Assembly: GCF_964355755.1 (NCBI RefSeq)
Contig: NC_092672.1
Location: forward strand, 17,931,237 to 17,995,236
From: Antedon mediterranea
Lineage: Eukaryota > Animalia > Echinodermata
Direction: 5' to 3'
Length of the DNA: 64,000 nt
Below the pieces are notes generated by a model. The model was not told the origin of the DNA. It searched no databases and was given only the letters and a program-made list of their open reading frames with translations. Position 1 is the stretch's first letter; every line of letters starts with the position of its first letter. This document shows, piece after piece, positions 52,208-64,000 of the stretch. Both the position numbers and the translations under genes were made by a program.

Positions 52208-52920
52208 AAAGTAGGCTACGATCGTTTTAATGAGGTGTCGTTTCCGGCTAATACAGTTGCCTACTGATGAGTAGGCATATTTTTGTTTTCATTTATCGCG
52301 TATGTTTACCTGCGGAAAAGTAGGCTACGATCGGGCTGTTTGCTAGCGCGCTATGAAGTGTCCTTTCCGGCCAACTACAGAGTTGTCCTACTGATGAGTA
52401 GGGATTTTTTATTTCATCGGGGAATTCCCCTTGTCGTTAGTAATGAACGCAAAAATTTTTTCTTATCGCGTATGTTTACCGGCGGAAAAAGTAGGCTACG
52501 ATCGTGCGGTTTGCTAGCGCGCTATGGCGCTATGAAGTGTCTTTCCGGCCAACTACAGAGTTTTGTCCTACTCATGAGTAGGCCTAGTTTTATTTCATCA
52601 GGGAATTCCCCTTGACGTTCGTATTGAACGCAAAAACATTTTTTTATCGCGTATGTTTACTGGCGGAAAAAGTATGCTACGATGGTTTTACTGTTTGCTA
52701 GGTGCGCTATAAAGTTTCGTTTCCGGCCAACTAGAGTTGTCCTACTGATGAGTAGGCTTAGATTAGGCCTATTTTTTTCATTGGGGCTTCTCCCTGACGT
52801 TCGTAATGAACACAAAAAATGTTTCTTCGCGTATTGTTTACCGGCGGAAAAAGTTAGCTACGATCGTTTTGTTGTTTGCTAGCGCGCTATAAGTGTTATT
52901 TCCGGCCAAACCAGAGGTGT
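52208..52920 (+). repeat. Short satellite-like array of ~170-180-bp units
   Basis: aaagtaggctacgatc...tttccggcc..ctactgatgagtagg recurs at about 52208, 52317, 52488, 52668 and 52849. Confidence 0.85.
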
Positions 52921-54933
52921 CATTCAACATAAATGTTGTGCGAGAGTACCATTTCCGGCCGTCTAGGGTGTAAATTACCAAAAATCGCTTCGTCACAGCC
53001 CTAACCATGGTGGGGCTGTGACTCAAGTACTTAGTGTCGGAATGGCCCCCCCCCCCCCCCCCCCCCCCGGGGAGGGGTGCCGCCGAAGCGTGACCCTTGA
53101 TGTGAATCCTGGGGAGAACACTGTCATCAGGTTGTATTTGTCAGATTTAGTTTGTAATTTTTGATAAAGCACCTGATGGGCAAACTACAAAAAAATTTGT
53201 GTTATAATAAAAAATATTGAGATATTGATTTCCAAATTTTTTAATAAAATTCTTCCAGTTACTAAATTCCTACTATTACTGTAAAAATGTCCGGATAGTT
53301 GTAGCTTTATAATATTATTTTTTATTAAATATAACTGTATGTTTCACAATTAATTGAAAAATATGTAAAAAAAGGACTTTGAATTTTTGACCCTGTGAGA
53401 CACTTACGGCCTAGGTTACTGTGAAATTGCCCATATAGCTTGTTGTTTGCCGTGAAGGTGTTTTTAGTTTACCTACATGTTCTTTAGCGTGTTAACATGT
53501 ATAATTGTAGAAGGACTACTTTGAATTACCAGGCAGCTTGCTGGATAAATGTTGTTCAGTATACTATTGTGAGAAAAAAATGGAAAGACAACTTGCAACT
53601 TATGTTTTCTGCGTAATTCATAATCCTTCATAATTGTTTTTAACCCAAAGGAGTGTGGTCTCCTGTCCTATTAACGTAGTGTTGGCTCCGTTACATACTC
53701 CATACATTGAATGGACTATTACACCAACATAACAAATATATTCGTAATCTAAACATCGCCCTAGAAATGGTCGATAACATTGATGACCCTAACATGAGAA
53801 TTGTGATTCATGAGGACAAACGACCTGCCACCCCGCATGTTCGCAGGTACAACCCACCTACTGGAAACGAGGTTGCCATTCTGATGCCAAACGAACCGTT
53901 TATGAATAGAGATATCGTTTTTCATGGACGAGAAGCAGGTTACGGCACGTGTCAGAATTACACAGAGCGTTGAAACACTTCAATACCCAATCCTTTTCAT
54001 GCATGGAACTGATGGATATTCCATTCATCTTCACACAGATGCTGGTCGTTAAATTACTCAAATGCAATATTACCGAATTGCATGATGTGTAGGTCAACTA
54101 ACCATCTACTTTATTGCCGTAGACTGTTTCAACAGTATATAGTTGATGTGTTTTGTAAAATTGAAACTGAACGTTTACAGTACTTGAGAAAAGAGCAAAA
54201 GTCGTTGAGAGCAGACAATTATCAAAATTTCTGTGATTCTATCTTGGCTGAAGACAGTGACCCAAGAACAGTAGGACAACGAATGATACTTCCATCTTCA
54301 TACACAGGGGGACCTCGATATATGCATGAGCGCCAGCAAGACTCCATCACTTACATCAGAGCATATGGTCGGCCTTCTTTATTCATTACGACAACCACAA
54401 ATCCTAAGTGGAAGGAAATAGTAAATAATCTATTGCCAAACCAGAATCCCAATGACCGCCCGGATATTGTTGTGCGTGTCTTTCATTTAAAACTGAAACA
54501 CATGATGAACTTATTCAAAAATGGCTTCTTTGGAAAATTGCAAGCTTGGTTTATTCAGTAGAATTTCAAAAGAGGATTACTACATGCACACATACTATTG
54601 TGGCTTCAGTCTGGATCAAAAATCAATCCCCAAGATATAGACTCCATAATTTCTGCTGAAATACCAAGCCCAACGACTGAACAAACACTTATAATTTGGT
54701 AAAATCACACATGAATCATGGCCCCTGTGGACCACTAAAACCGAATAATCCATGTATGAAAGACAATCACTGTACAAAACACTTCCCCAAAGAATTTCAA
54801 CAGAACACTGTACAGGGAAACGACTCATATCCAAGTACAAACAAAGTTCACCAGAAGATGGGGGACATGTCATTTCCATAATAAAGGTACTTGATGGTGA
54901 GAAAATTCAAACAGACATTGATAATCGATGGAT

Positions 54934-55161
54934 CAAAATCAACATTTATTTCCAAAATGGTGGCGTCACTAAAAAAGCAAAGCTTGTGTCAGGGACGCCA
55001 AAACAAAACAATCAAAAGCAAACAAAACATATAAATAAGACACAGAAATGAAAATAACAATAAAATGTAAAGCGGTACATTTCAATTGTAGTATAAATCA
55101 TATTAATACATTTTCAATATTGCTAAAGGTAAATATATTAACAAAAAGAACATGGCAGCTA
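54934..55161 (-). mobile_element. Short LINE 3' tail inserted in the Helitron Rep (GGAT duplication)
   Basis: Splits DNRWI|VPYN; stem-loop ggcgtccctgacacaagctttgcttttttagtgacgcc followed by AATAAA on the minus strand. Confidence 0.7.
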
Positions 55162-55771
55162 GGATTGTACCGTATAATAAAGAACTCCTGCGCCAGATGG
55201 GCTGTCATACTAATGTAGAAATCTGCAGTTCAATCAAATGTATCAAATACGTTTTAAAATATGTACATAAAGGTTCTGATCAGGCCATATCCTCTGTTCA
55301 GACAATGGACGCTAATGATGAGATTACTCAGTATCAAGAAGCTAGATATGTCGGCAGTATGGAGGCAGCGATGCGGATACTTGGATTTCCCATTCATGAA
55401 AGATACCCTCCAGTGTTTCAGTTATGTATACACTTTGAAAATGAGTTTACTTTACAGAAGAAAATGCATGTCAAATCGCTTTGGGGACCCCTCCAAAAAC
55501 TATGCTGACTGCATTTTTCACTCTTTGTCAAACAGACGACTTCGCAAAATCACTACTTTATGTAGAAGTTCCCCAATATTATACATGGCATAACAAGGCT
55601 AAAAGATGGAACCGCAAACAAGGTGTACCATCCGAAAGCAGCCCAGGAGTTTTCAGGTCTCCATGTCTTGGAAGAGTGTACACAATTAGCCCAAAACAAA
55701 GAGAGTGTTACTATATGAGACTATTGTTACACAAAAAGCGTGGCCATATGTCATACAAGGACTTCAAGGCC

Positions 55772-57248
55772 AGGTGCGGGCAAAAAATTTCTATTGATCA
55801 TACATTCCAATAATTATCGATCTTTAGTTTCCCCTATGTTTCATAATTTTTTGGATTTTATTTGTGTTACACGAGCTTGTTGAAAATAAGCACTTTCTTA
55901 TCACTGGGGGGATAGTTCAAATTACACAGTAAAATCTCTATTCTTTTTTACACAAATTTTGTAAATAGAGAGGCATTTTAAAAAGCTATGAAAAATAAAC
56001 GGTGTGATAAAAAATGTTATCAGATGACTAAATATAGGTAATATAACTTGAATATTACATTTCTGATATTTTTATTCAATTTCAGATTTTTATTTTCATA
56101 CTATATCAAAAATTATCCACTGTATATCCACCATTTTTTTTCACCGTCTAGGGAGTCACCAGACATGTTATTACCGTATATTTCGGTGTATAAGTCGCAC
56201 TTTTGACACGCAAATTTGACCTCTAAATTAAGGGTGCGTCTTATACACCGAACATAAATGCCTCACCACACAGATTGTACATCACCTATGTCATCACCTA
56301 TAGATAGGCTATCGTCACCTCGTTTGCTAGGTTAGGCCTAGCTACAGTAACTAACTAACGTAACGGCAACCTGCTTCTGCCTAGTTTTCAAGGCATTTTA
56401 GCATGATGTTATACTAAATATGATGAAAAGATTTGTTCATTATGGCGCTCCGATAAAATTTCATTTGTAAACGTTTACGTACGATTGGAATAGTATTTAT
56501 TTATACAGTAGTTATACGCACGATCGCCGTACCCCCAGCGCAAGCCCTTTCTTGGCGGCCACATGGTGTATTTATAGTTATACGCACGACCACCGTACCC
56601 CTAGCCTAGCGCAAGCCCTTCTTGGCGGCCACATGGTGTACGGTATTCGATTAGTACAGTATATTCTCCAGTTGATTATGGCATGGACCTAGCGTATACA
56701 CTTCTCGGACACATAGACACTAATCGAATACGATTGTCCGTGAAAACGTGCGCCCTCTCGAAATGATCGAGCGAGGCTAGCCCACACACGTACGTGTTAC
56801 ACACACGGTCATGCACTCGATGTTGCGGCGAAACTCATGAATAACAAGTTAGAAAGAACTTGTTGAGGCTGGGCGCGGCCTAGCCTAGGTATGAAAAAAC
56901 CTAAATAAAGGACGCCGTTGTAGATATAACAAAATATATTATTACAATAATATTGATTACAATTTAAAAAAACATGGTTTTGATGAAAAATAAGGTGCGT
57001 CTTATACATCGACGATATAAAAAATACCGATATTTTACTCTCAGTTAGGGGGTGCGTCTTATACACAGGTGCGAATTATACCTAACTACTGAAAAAAGGT
57101 CTTCCTGGTTTTTATGGAAGAATTTTGCCAAATTTTGTATTTGACCATATTAAGGGAAATTCAGGTTTTTTTGTCTCGATTTCTGTTACAAATATTTGAT
57201 TTATGTACTATTGACCAAATATTATATTTAAAATTCATGCCTGCACCT
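55772..57248. mobile_element. Kolobok-like non-autonomous DNA element inside the Helitron
   Basis: Short TIRs aggtgcRggca; TTAA on the right flank only. Helitron coding resumes after it (SYKDFKA|..NEVEFDTYHAIC). Confidence 0.55.
56174..57080. mobile_element. pogo/Tigger-like MITE nested in the Kolobok-like element
   Basis: TA followed by ccgtatatttcggtgtataagtcgcac; repeated gtgcgtcttatacac; absent from the 46514 copy. Confidence 0.7.
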
Positions 57249-59691
57249 TTAATGAAGTAGAATTTGACACCTATCACGCCATATGTCTAGCTATAGGTCT
57301 AATTGATAATCACCAACATTACCACCGAGCTTTAGAAGAAGCTGCTTTAGCAAATACCGAATACCATTTGCGAAAACTGTTCACAATAATTCTAACAGCT
57401 TGCGAACCAAGTGACCCATTGATGTTATGGGAACAACATAAACATCACATGTCAGATGACCTATTTTATAAGGCAGGTTTACCGTCTGACCATGAAGGTG
57501 AGGAGACATGTATCATCCACAATGAATGTTTACATTTAATTCAACAAGAGTTACCGAGAATAAGTGGAAAATCATTCACGTAGTCCAGTCACAGAACTTT
57601 GAGTAACTCATGAACAAAGACTAAATTTTTATACTGATTATGACCCAGACGAACAAGCGTTATTCGCTGCTGACAAAGAAAAATCTCTCACTGGTGAACA
57701 GAAAATCATTGCAACAGACTTTTTACATGGTCAACAACAAAATCCCTGGAATCGTGTTTTTAGATGCCCCTGGCGGAACTGGTGAGACATTTCTTCTGAA
57801 GTATTTACTACACACAATTCGTTCGAAGGGGTGGATTGTGATTGCATGTGCATCAAGTGGGATTGCAGCTATGCTTATTCCAGGTGGAAGAACTCTACAT
57901 TCGACCTTCAAAATTCCATTAGATGTCCAAACCGAGATCACCCAACATGAAGTATTAATAAAAACTCAACCCTAGCTTCTATATTAAGGGAAAACAAGAG
58001 GACTAATCATCGATGAGGCTCTAATGACCCACAAATCAGCATATGAGGCCATGGATTACACATTGCGAGACATCACAGCAGTAGCAAAACCATTCGGTGG
58101 TATTTCAACATTGTTGTGTGGTGATAAGCGCCAGATATTACTCCTGTAGTGAAAAACGGTACTTGAGTCAATGTCATTGATGCTGCTATTCAACAATCTT
58201 ATCTTAAAACCTACAAAATGTCCACCAATATGAGAGTACATCTAGCAAACAGCTCTGACGAGTTTTCTGAATTTCTTTTATCAATCGGTGTAGGACGTTT
58301 TCAACTTCTCCTACCTCCAGATACAATTAAGTTGCCAGCATTCATAAACCATTGTGGAAGTTCTAATGCTTTAATCGATGCTGTATACGGCCAAATTCTG
58401 AACCATTCTACTGACCATCAATGGTTTTTGGAAAGATCCATTCTTGCTCCACTAAATGAAACAGTGAATCAAATTAATTATTCAGTCCTTACTAAACTAC
58501 CCTGGAGAACTAAAACAATTTAAATCAATTGACTCTACTTTGACTAATGAAGAAGCCGTACATTTTCCTGTCGAGTTTCTCAATTCTATCGACAGCATTA
58601 CCGCCTCACTATCATTGGATTCACCTAATGGAACTAGATGTATTATCCACAAACTAAATCCAAATGTTCTTGAGGTGGTAATTTTAAACGGATCAGGAAA
58701 ACGTGCAATTATAACGAGAATTCCGATGACACCTTCAGACGGTGACCTGCCATTTACATTTAAACGCCTTCAATTTCCCATAAGACTGTCTTTTGCTATG
58801 ACCATAAATAAGCCACAGAGTCAAACGTTCAGAAGTGTTGGCATACACCTACTGTAGATACAACGGTTTTTTCACATGGCATGCTGTATGTTGCCCTGTC
58901 AAGAGTTGGTTCACCTGAACACTTACATGTACCAGATTCAAATACGCGAAATGTTGTATCAAAAACTACTGATGAAGTAGGCCTAACCGGAACAACTGAA
59001 TACACACAAACTACTACCATGGAGGTAAATAATACATTGTTGCTCTGAGTGTTCTAATGTGTATTACTGAGTCACTTTCTATCATTATTTCTATTGACAG
59101 TCAAGGTCTGATCTTTCAGTGTCATCAATGCAACTAACTCCCACCCTGGGGTGGGTATCTTTGATAGTCAATAAATAATGTAAAGAGAACATGCATCATT
59201 TCATCAGTTGACATAAGGTCAAAGGTCAACATTTCAATATGTGGTTTTTGTCTACAGTAGATTTGGTAGTTTTTTAAAGTTTACGGATTAGTTTCTTTCA
59301 CAGCCTTGAGCCATTTGGTGGGTAAGCATCTAACAAATCTTACTATATTGTTGGTTATCACTTTTTTCATCCCCATTGCATAGGAGTTCAACTACGTGAC
59401 CACCAGGATTTGACCACCAGGATTAATTCTTCTTTCGAAAAAAGGCAGAGAAATACTCAATTACAGTGAACACAATCATTCCAAGCATGGCTAGCCACTA
59501 TATTGAGGCTCATACTAACGATATGCCCTTGATAGGCCTACTACCCTGTATGTAATAATTACAATATAAATAATGAATAGGAAAATGCATGGCATCCTTA
59601 CAGTGTACACTACAAGCATAATAATAATAACATTCGTTTTTGCTCATATTAAATTAAATAAGTGAACTTAATTTTATAAATTGTTATAATA

Positions 59692-60134
59692 ATTACCTCC
59701 GCCAAGGAGGTTATGTTTTCACCCATTGTATGTTTGTGTGTGCGCGTGTGTGTGTGTGTGTGTGTGCATGTGTTTGTGTGTGTGTCTGTGAACAGCCTGG
59801 AGGCCACAGTTTTTATCCGATTCTCACCAAACTTAGCCACAATGGTTAATGACTCATCATATAATTGTGGTTAAATTTTGAAGGGTCAGGGTCAAAGATC
59901 AAGGTCCACAAAAAACAAAAACAAAATTCAGTGGGACTTGAACCAGCGATCTAAACTGTGAGAGGCTGGATACATAACCATTACACCAAACTCTCATCCA
60001 CAACTTTGTAGTGTGCAGTTAGCCTATTTACACTTAGACTTTTTTTTTTAATATATATATTTTCCGGGGACATTTTTTTATGTAGGGGAATTTTACAGTA
60101 GGCGGAGGTTTGTACTCTCAGAGTACCCTCTAGT
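59692..60134 (+). mobile_element. Helentron-associated HINE/DINE-1-like element with an internal tRNA-like segment
   Basis: attacctccgccaaggaggttatgttttc, (GT)n, subterminal IR ggcggaggt, 3' hairpin gtactc-tca-gagtac and CTAGT end. Confidence 0.8.
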
Positions 60135-60589
60135 TATTAATGTTATACTATTGTTTAGGTACATAGCGGCAACTCGAAGTGGCTAAAACGTTTTAAACAG
60201 ATTTGGACCATACCTACTATCTATATAGTTAAGTTTATTTTACTGTTTAATAAACTAGTAAATATTAAATTGTGTTTACCATGGTATTAATGTGTGATAT
60301 TAACAATGAATCACTAACACTGGCTGGGTAGGGTTATATCAGAAAAAAGAGGTCCTTTAAAGATACTGTATGTTGTAAAAGTTAGGATCACATAGTAGGA
60401 ATAGACATATAGATCAAATAAGATCTAGAATTGCTGAAGGTAAAGATAGAGAAAATGATAACAATGATAATATGTAAGAATTGTTAGAAAAATTATTTTT
60501 AGTTAATTATTAATTAGTTTTGAAAAACTTCGGGTAAAAATGAACACATTCTCTAATGGGGCTGTACACGTAATGATTATGTGACATCA

Positions 60590-61757
60590 AAATTGCATAT
60601 TCAACAAAAATATTTGTAAAAATTACTTTGTCAGGGGGACAATAATTATATATATAATTAATAATAATAATTAATAATTATAGAATGTGATAGTATTAGC
60701 AAATATTTCAAATGTAGTTTTGAAACTTTCCCATTACAAACAATTGCCATAATTCTTTACATTACAATACACCCATCCTCCGGGACTTATTTTCAAATGT
60801 AGTTTAAAATAGTACAATTCTGGTGGCCATTTTGATGTGTATAGATGCATGCAGTACAGTAGCATTGGAAAAGCAAGAGAGGGGAGGTGGTTTGGGTGGA
60901 TAGAGAGACATTTTTGTTACATGTTTGTCTACACTATCAAACTAGTTTAACAAAAAAGGTTTGATGTCCCCAAATATGGTAGTGATGATGTCCTCGTGTC
61001 CATATATGGGCACATCACATTTTTTTGTCACATAAAGTTTGATAGTGTAACTTTTGTGTAACAAACATGTAAAAAAATATGCGTCTCTCTATCCACCCCA
61101 ACCACCTCCCTCTCTCGCTCTCTTTTTATAGATTATTAGTTGCTAAATATATGCAAAACAATGGGTCATAGCTCAAATTGACATTTCCAATTGAATTCTG
61201 ACAAAATATTTTGTTACAGCAAATATAAATGTGTATATTCTGAACAATTTGACACCAAACTGAACTTTTTAGGAAAAATAGTTACCGAGATATCGACATA
61301 TTCAAACATTAGAGGTCAAGGGTCAACAAAGCTTAATTTATGGTAATTTTTTGAAAAAAGTTTGCATTAGACTAAATATTAGATTTATTTTCTTAACATT
61401 TTGAGCCCTTTCTCAAATCTCTGAGATTGCGCGTTATTGAGATATTAGGCGATCAAGGTCAAAGGTCAAACTGAAAAATAAAGCCTTTGCGGCCATTTTT
61501 TTACAATTTTTTTCATTGTCTTCCAAGCATTTTGACAACAAAATTAACGTAAAATGTCCATGCGTTGTCAAGATATGCGATTTTTAGTTATAAAATAGAA
61601 AAATAAAAAAATTGAGGTCAAAGGTCACAGAGGTCAAATCAGATTTCCAGTAACTTTGTTTTGGCATCTCCACACTATACTCTACCAAACTGCTATATTG
61701 AATAATTTGTATCCAGTCTGGTAACATCCCACCCCTTTTTCTTCCCTTAGGGACTGG
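60590..61757 (-). mobile_element. Inverted partial second copy of the Academ-type element (left ~1.2 kb)
   Basis: Reverse complement of ~17760-18940, ending in cccttagggactgg. Confidence 0.85.
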
Positions 61758-61759
61758 GT

Positions 61760-62547
61760 TGGCATTTATCAATATTTGCTTATATAAGTGCTTAAGCAAA
61801 TAACTTAATCTTATTTATCAAACCGTCTTAGCAATGTCTTAGCAGAAAAATTGTCTTAGGTAAATTTTACTTTGCACATGCGCAAAATTAAACTCTAGAG
61901 GGCAGCAAATTATGTCTTAAGACGAAAAATTCTTGCTTACGCATGCGTATTAGCTTTTTTCTCTTAGCGATGGCGGCGCTATAACATTTTATCTCCGTAT
62001 TTTCACTCCCAACAAGAGAGGGCGCATTCTGGCTACTATTGTTTTTATTACTTAAAATAGAGAAAGAGCACAACAGTCGGAAATACATACGAAAATCATT
62101 CGCTCTAAACTTAAATCAAATCAACATTTATTTATTTTTATCAATGACAGCGACCCTTGGCAGCCGATACAGTTTTCTAAAAGCTAGTCAATTGGGTCGT
62201 ACCTATCCCGAAAATATTAGTTTTGCTCGTCCAATTTCTAGGCCATCTTTATGAAGATCGATATCATTATTTTAGCGTCCGTAGTACAGCGGAAAACGCA
62301 CTAGCGTAGCCTTTCCGAATGTTCAATGTTCCGGCCTAGCGCGCTCGCGTTGTCAAAAAAGAATGTTTCTGTTGCAGAAATGAGATAAGACGAAATTTTT
62401 CATCTTAAGGCAGGGTGTTGTTTGTCTTAGATTTAAGACAAAATTAAGCAAATTTTTTTGCTTAGATATATTGATAAATCTGACTTAGGCAAAATCAAGG
62501 ATTTAAGGCAAAGTTAAGACGATTTTTTTGAATAAATCCGGCCCCTG
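61760..62547. mobile_element. MITE-like element (Harbinger-like end ...gaataaatccggccc)
   Basis: Internal inverted repeats rich in cttaag/ttaagac; atttatcaatat / atattgataaat pair. Confidence 0.4.
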
Positions 62548-62976
62548 GACTATATGAATAATAACAATGGTAACAAATTACTCTTATGAATATTGTATGA
62601 CCTTTGACGGAGAATAATAAAGAATGCTCTCTTGGTTTTATCTTTTCTAAACTAGCTAGAAACACGTCAGTCAATTCCGTGCTTCCTGCTCGGTGGCTGG
62701 CGCAATAGTCCAAAAAATATATATATTATAACATACATAATACCTACAGTATATCCTTGCTATCTGATTTTATATAAATTAATATTTTGTATTTACTGAA
62801 TGGGGAGAATAATTATTATATCTTTATATAATTATTCTCTCCATTTAACTCATAAACAATAGTATTTTAAGCAAAATATAATTAATTATATAATGTATTC
62901 ATTATATAATGTGGTATAAAATGTTTATTATATATTAGTAAAGTGTTATATTGTTTAAATACATAGTTTTACTTAC

Positions 62977-63053
62977 TTTTATTTCATATTCTTTAAAGAA
63001 AACATTTGCTTTAAAATATTGCAAGGCTTCATCAATGACATCTGGTCCTGGGG
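62977..63053 (-). CDS. ARPC3: ARPC3 exon ([25 protein letters not shown])
   Basis: 77 nt with acag/gtaagt sites; FKANVFF motif. Confidence 0.97.
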
Positions 63054-63117
63054 CTGTTGACAAAATTGGACAAACATTTATTTCATCTTAAAGCTTATCT
63101 GTTAAGTTACCACTAAG

Positions 63118-63395
63118 TTTGTATTGCCAAAGTTTGAAAATTAGCAAATTTCACTACTTTAACAATAGGCAATCATCACAGGACTAACACAAAACCAGCT
63201 CTCAAGTATGTGTATGAGGTCTGGGTTTGATGCAAAAAAAAATCCAGGCAGATTTGTATTGCCAATATATTTGTTTTGCCAAAGATTGTAAATTAGCAAA
63301 TTTCACTTCTCTAACAATATGCAATCATCACAGGACAAACACAAAACAAGCTCTCATGTCTGGGTTTGATGCAAGAAAAAATTCAGGCAGATTTT
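63118..63395 (+). repeat. ~135-bp direct tandem duplication in an ARPC3 intron
   Basis: aattagcaaatttcact...gcaatcatcacagga...gtctgggtttgatgcaa...caggcagattt occurs twice. Confidence 0.85.
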
Positions 63396-63553
63396 AATCT
63401 AGACATCATCTAGGATATTAACTCAGGACACTGGGATTGTAGCCAAGCATTCAACCCAACACTCACAGCAGATGATGAAGAAATGAGTATGTCTGTGCAC
63501 AATAATCTGAAGTAAAATGAAATACACTGAATGATTGTCTTGTAAATACATAC

Positions 63554-63644
63554 CGCTTGCAGCTGGGCCTTTGAATTTTGTTCTCAATGGCAACAAAGCC
63601 ATCTTACAAATATCCCTCTCAGAAGCTAGTGATGAATGATAAGC
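63554..63644 (-). CDS. ARPC3: ARPC3 second coding exon (AYHSSLASERDICKMALLPLRTKFKGPAAS); start exon not located in the window
   Basis: ctacag/gtatgt sites; AYHS and LLPLRT.FKGPA motifs. Confidence 0.95.
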
Positions 63645-64000
63645 CTGTAGTAAAATAACAATAATTATATATTACACATGTGAATGTAGCTTAACACTGT
63701 CAGTATTAAAACTTTTCTTTTTAATTGCACTAATTAATAACGCTAATATATTAAAATTGTCCAAAATTACAATGGAATAAAATTTGGCCTTTTTTCTTAG
63801 TACTTAAAACATGCTGAATACCATCATACATTACTGGTTAATAATTATAGCGATAATAATTAATGGACTGTGTGCAGTTATGAAAAGGCGGGCTGAAAAT
63901 GTTAGTCCATTCCATCATGGATAAAATAGCAAAATGATTCGTATTAGTGGTGAGATCAATCGTTTCATTCCTCATGCTGACAATGTTACAAAATAAATCA

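Larger units (their letters stand above)
53700..58975 (+). mobile_element. Decayed Helitron Rep/PIF1-helicase gene, interrupted by nested insertions
   Basis: Rep motifs LFITTTTNPKW, VEFQKRGLLHAH and KYVLKYVHKG. Helicase motifs DAPGGTG, IIDE, GD.RQ.LP, FPIRLSFAMTINK.Q.QT and FSHGMLYVALSRV. Confidence 0.95.

Noticed and set aside
60159-60186. Distant TBL2 terminal exon (RYIAATRSG-stop)
   Set aside because: It would require an intron spanning most of the convergent ARPC3 gene, has no homology support, and closer acceptors exist.
63118-63395. Tandem box C/D snoRNAs in an ARPC3 intron (GTGATGA on the minus strand)
   Set aside because: No downstream CTGA box D or terminal stem.

Overview
AT-rich eukaryotic (metazoan, probably invertebrate) genomic DNA. 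It holds two convergent spliced housekeeping genes: TBL2 (WD40 protein, + strand, 8 clear coding exons 647-13512) and ARPC3 (Arp2/3 p21 subunit, - strand, 5 coding exons 63644-40270). Nearly everything else is nested transposable elements. These include an apparently intact two-ORF LINE (CR1/L2-group) in a TBL2 intron, a Penelope remnant with a hammerhead core, Harbinger-like MITEs, an Academ-type non-autonomous element, a (TA)n-bounded tandem unit carrying a tRNA-like cloverleaf, a decayed full-length Gmr1-type Gypsy, BEL/Pao and Gypsy fragments, a decayed Helitron, and Helentron-associated (HINE-like) elements. The most unusual signals are: (1) a perfect 199-bp target-site duplication around a Tx1/L1-clade insertion; (2) a heavily base-paired, internally duplicated RNA-like domain in the LINE inter-ORF spacer; (3) the tRNA-cloverleaf tandem unit with Penelope-like partial-tandem architecture; (4) a 26-bp pure-palindrome insertion with a 5-bp TSD. 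All assignments come from reading motifs by eye; no database search was run.
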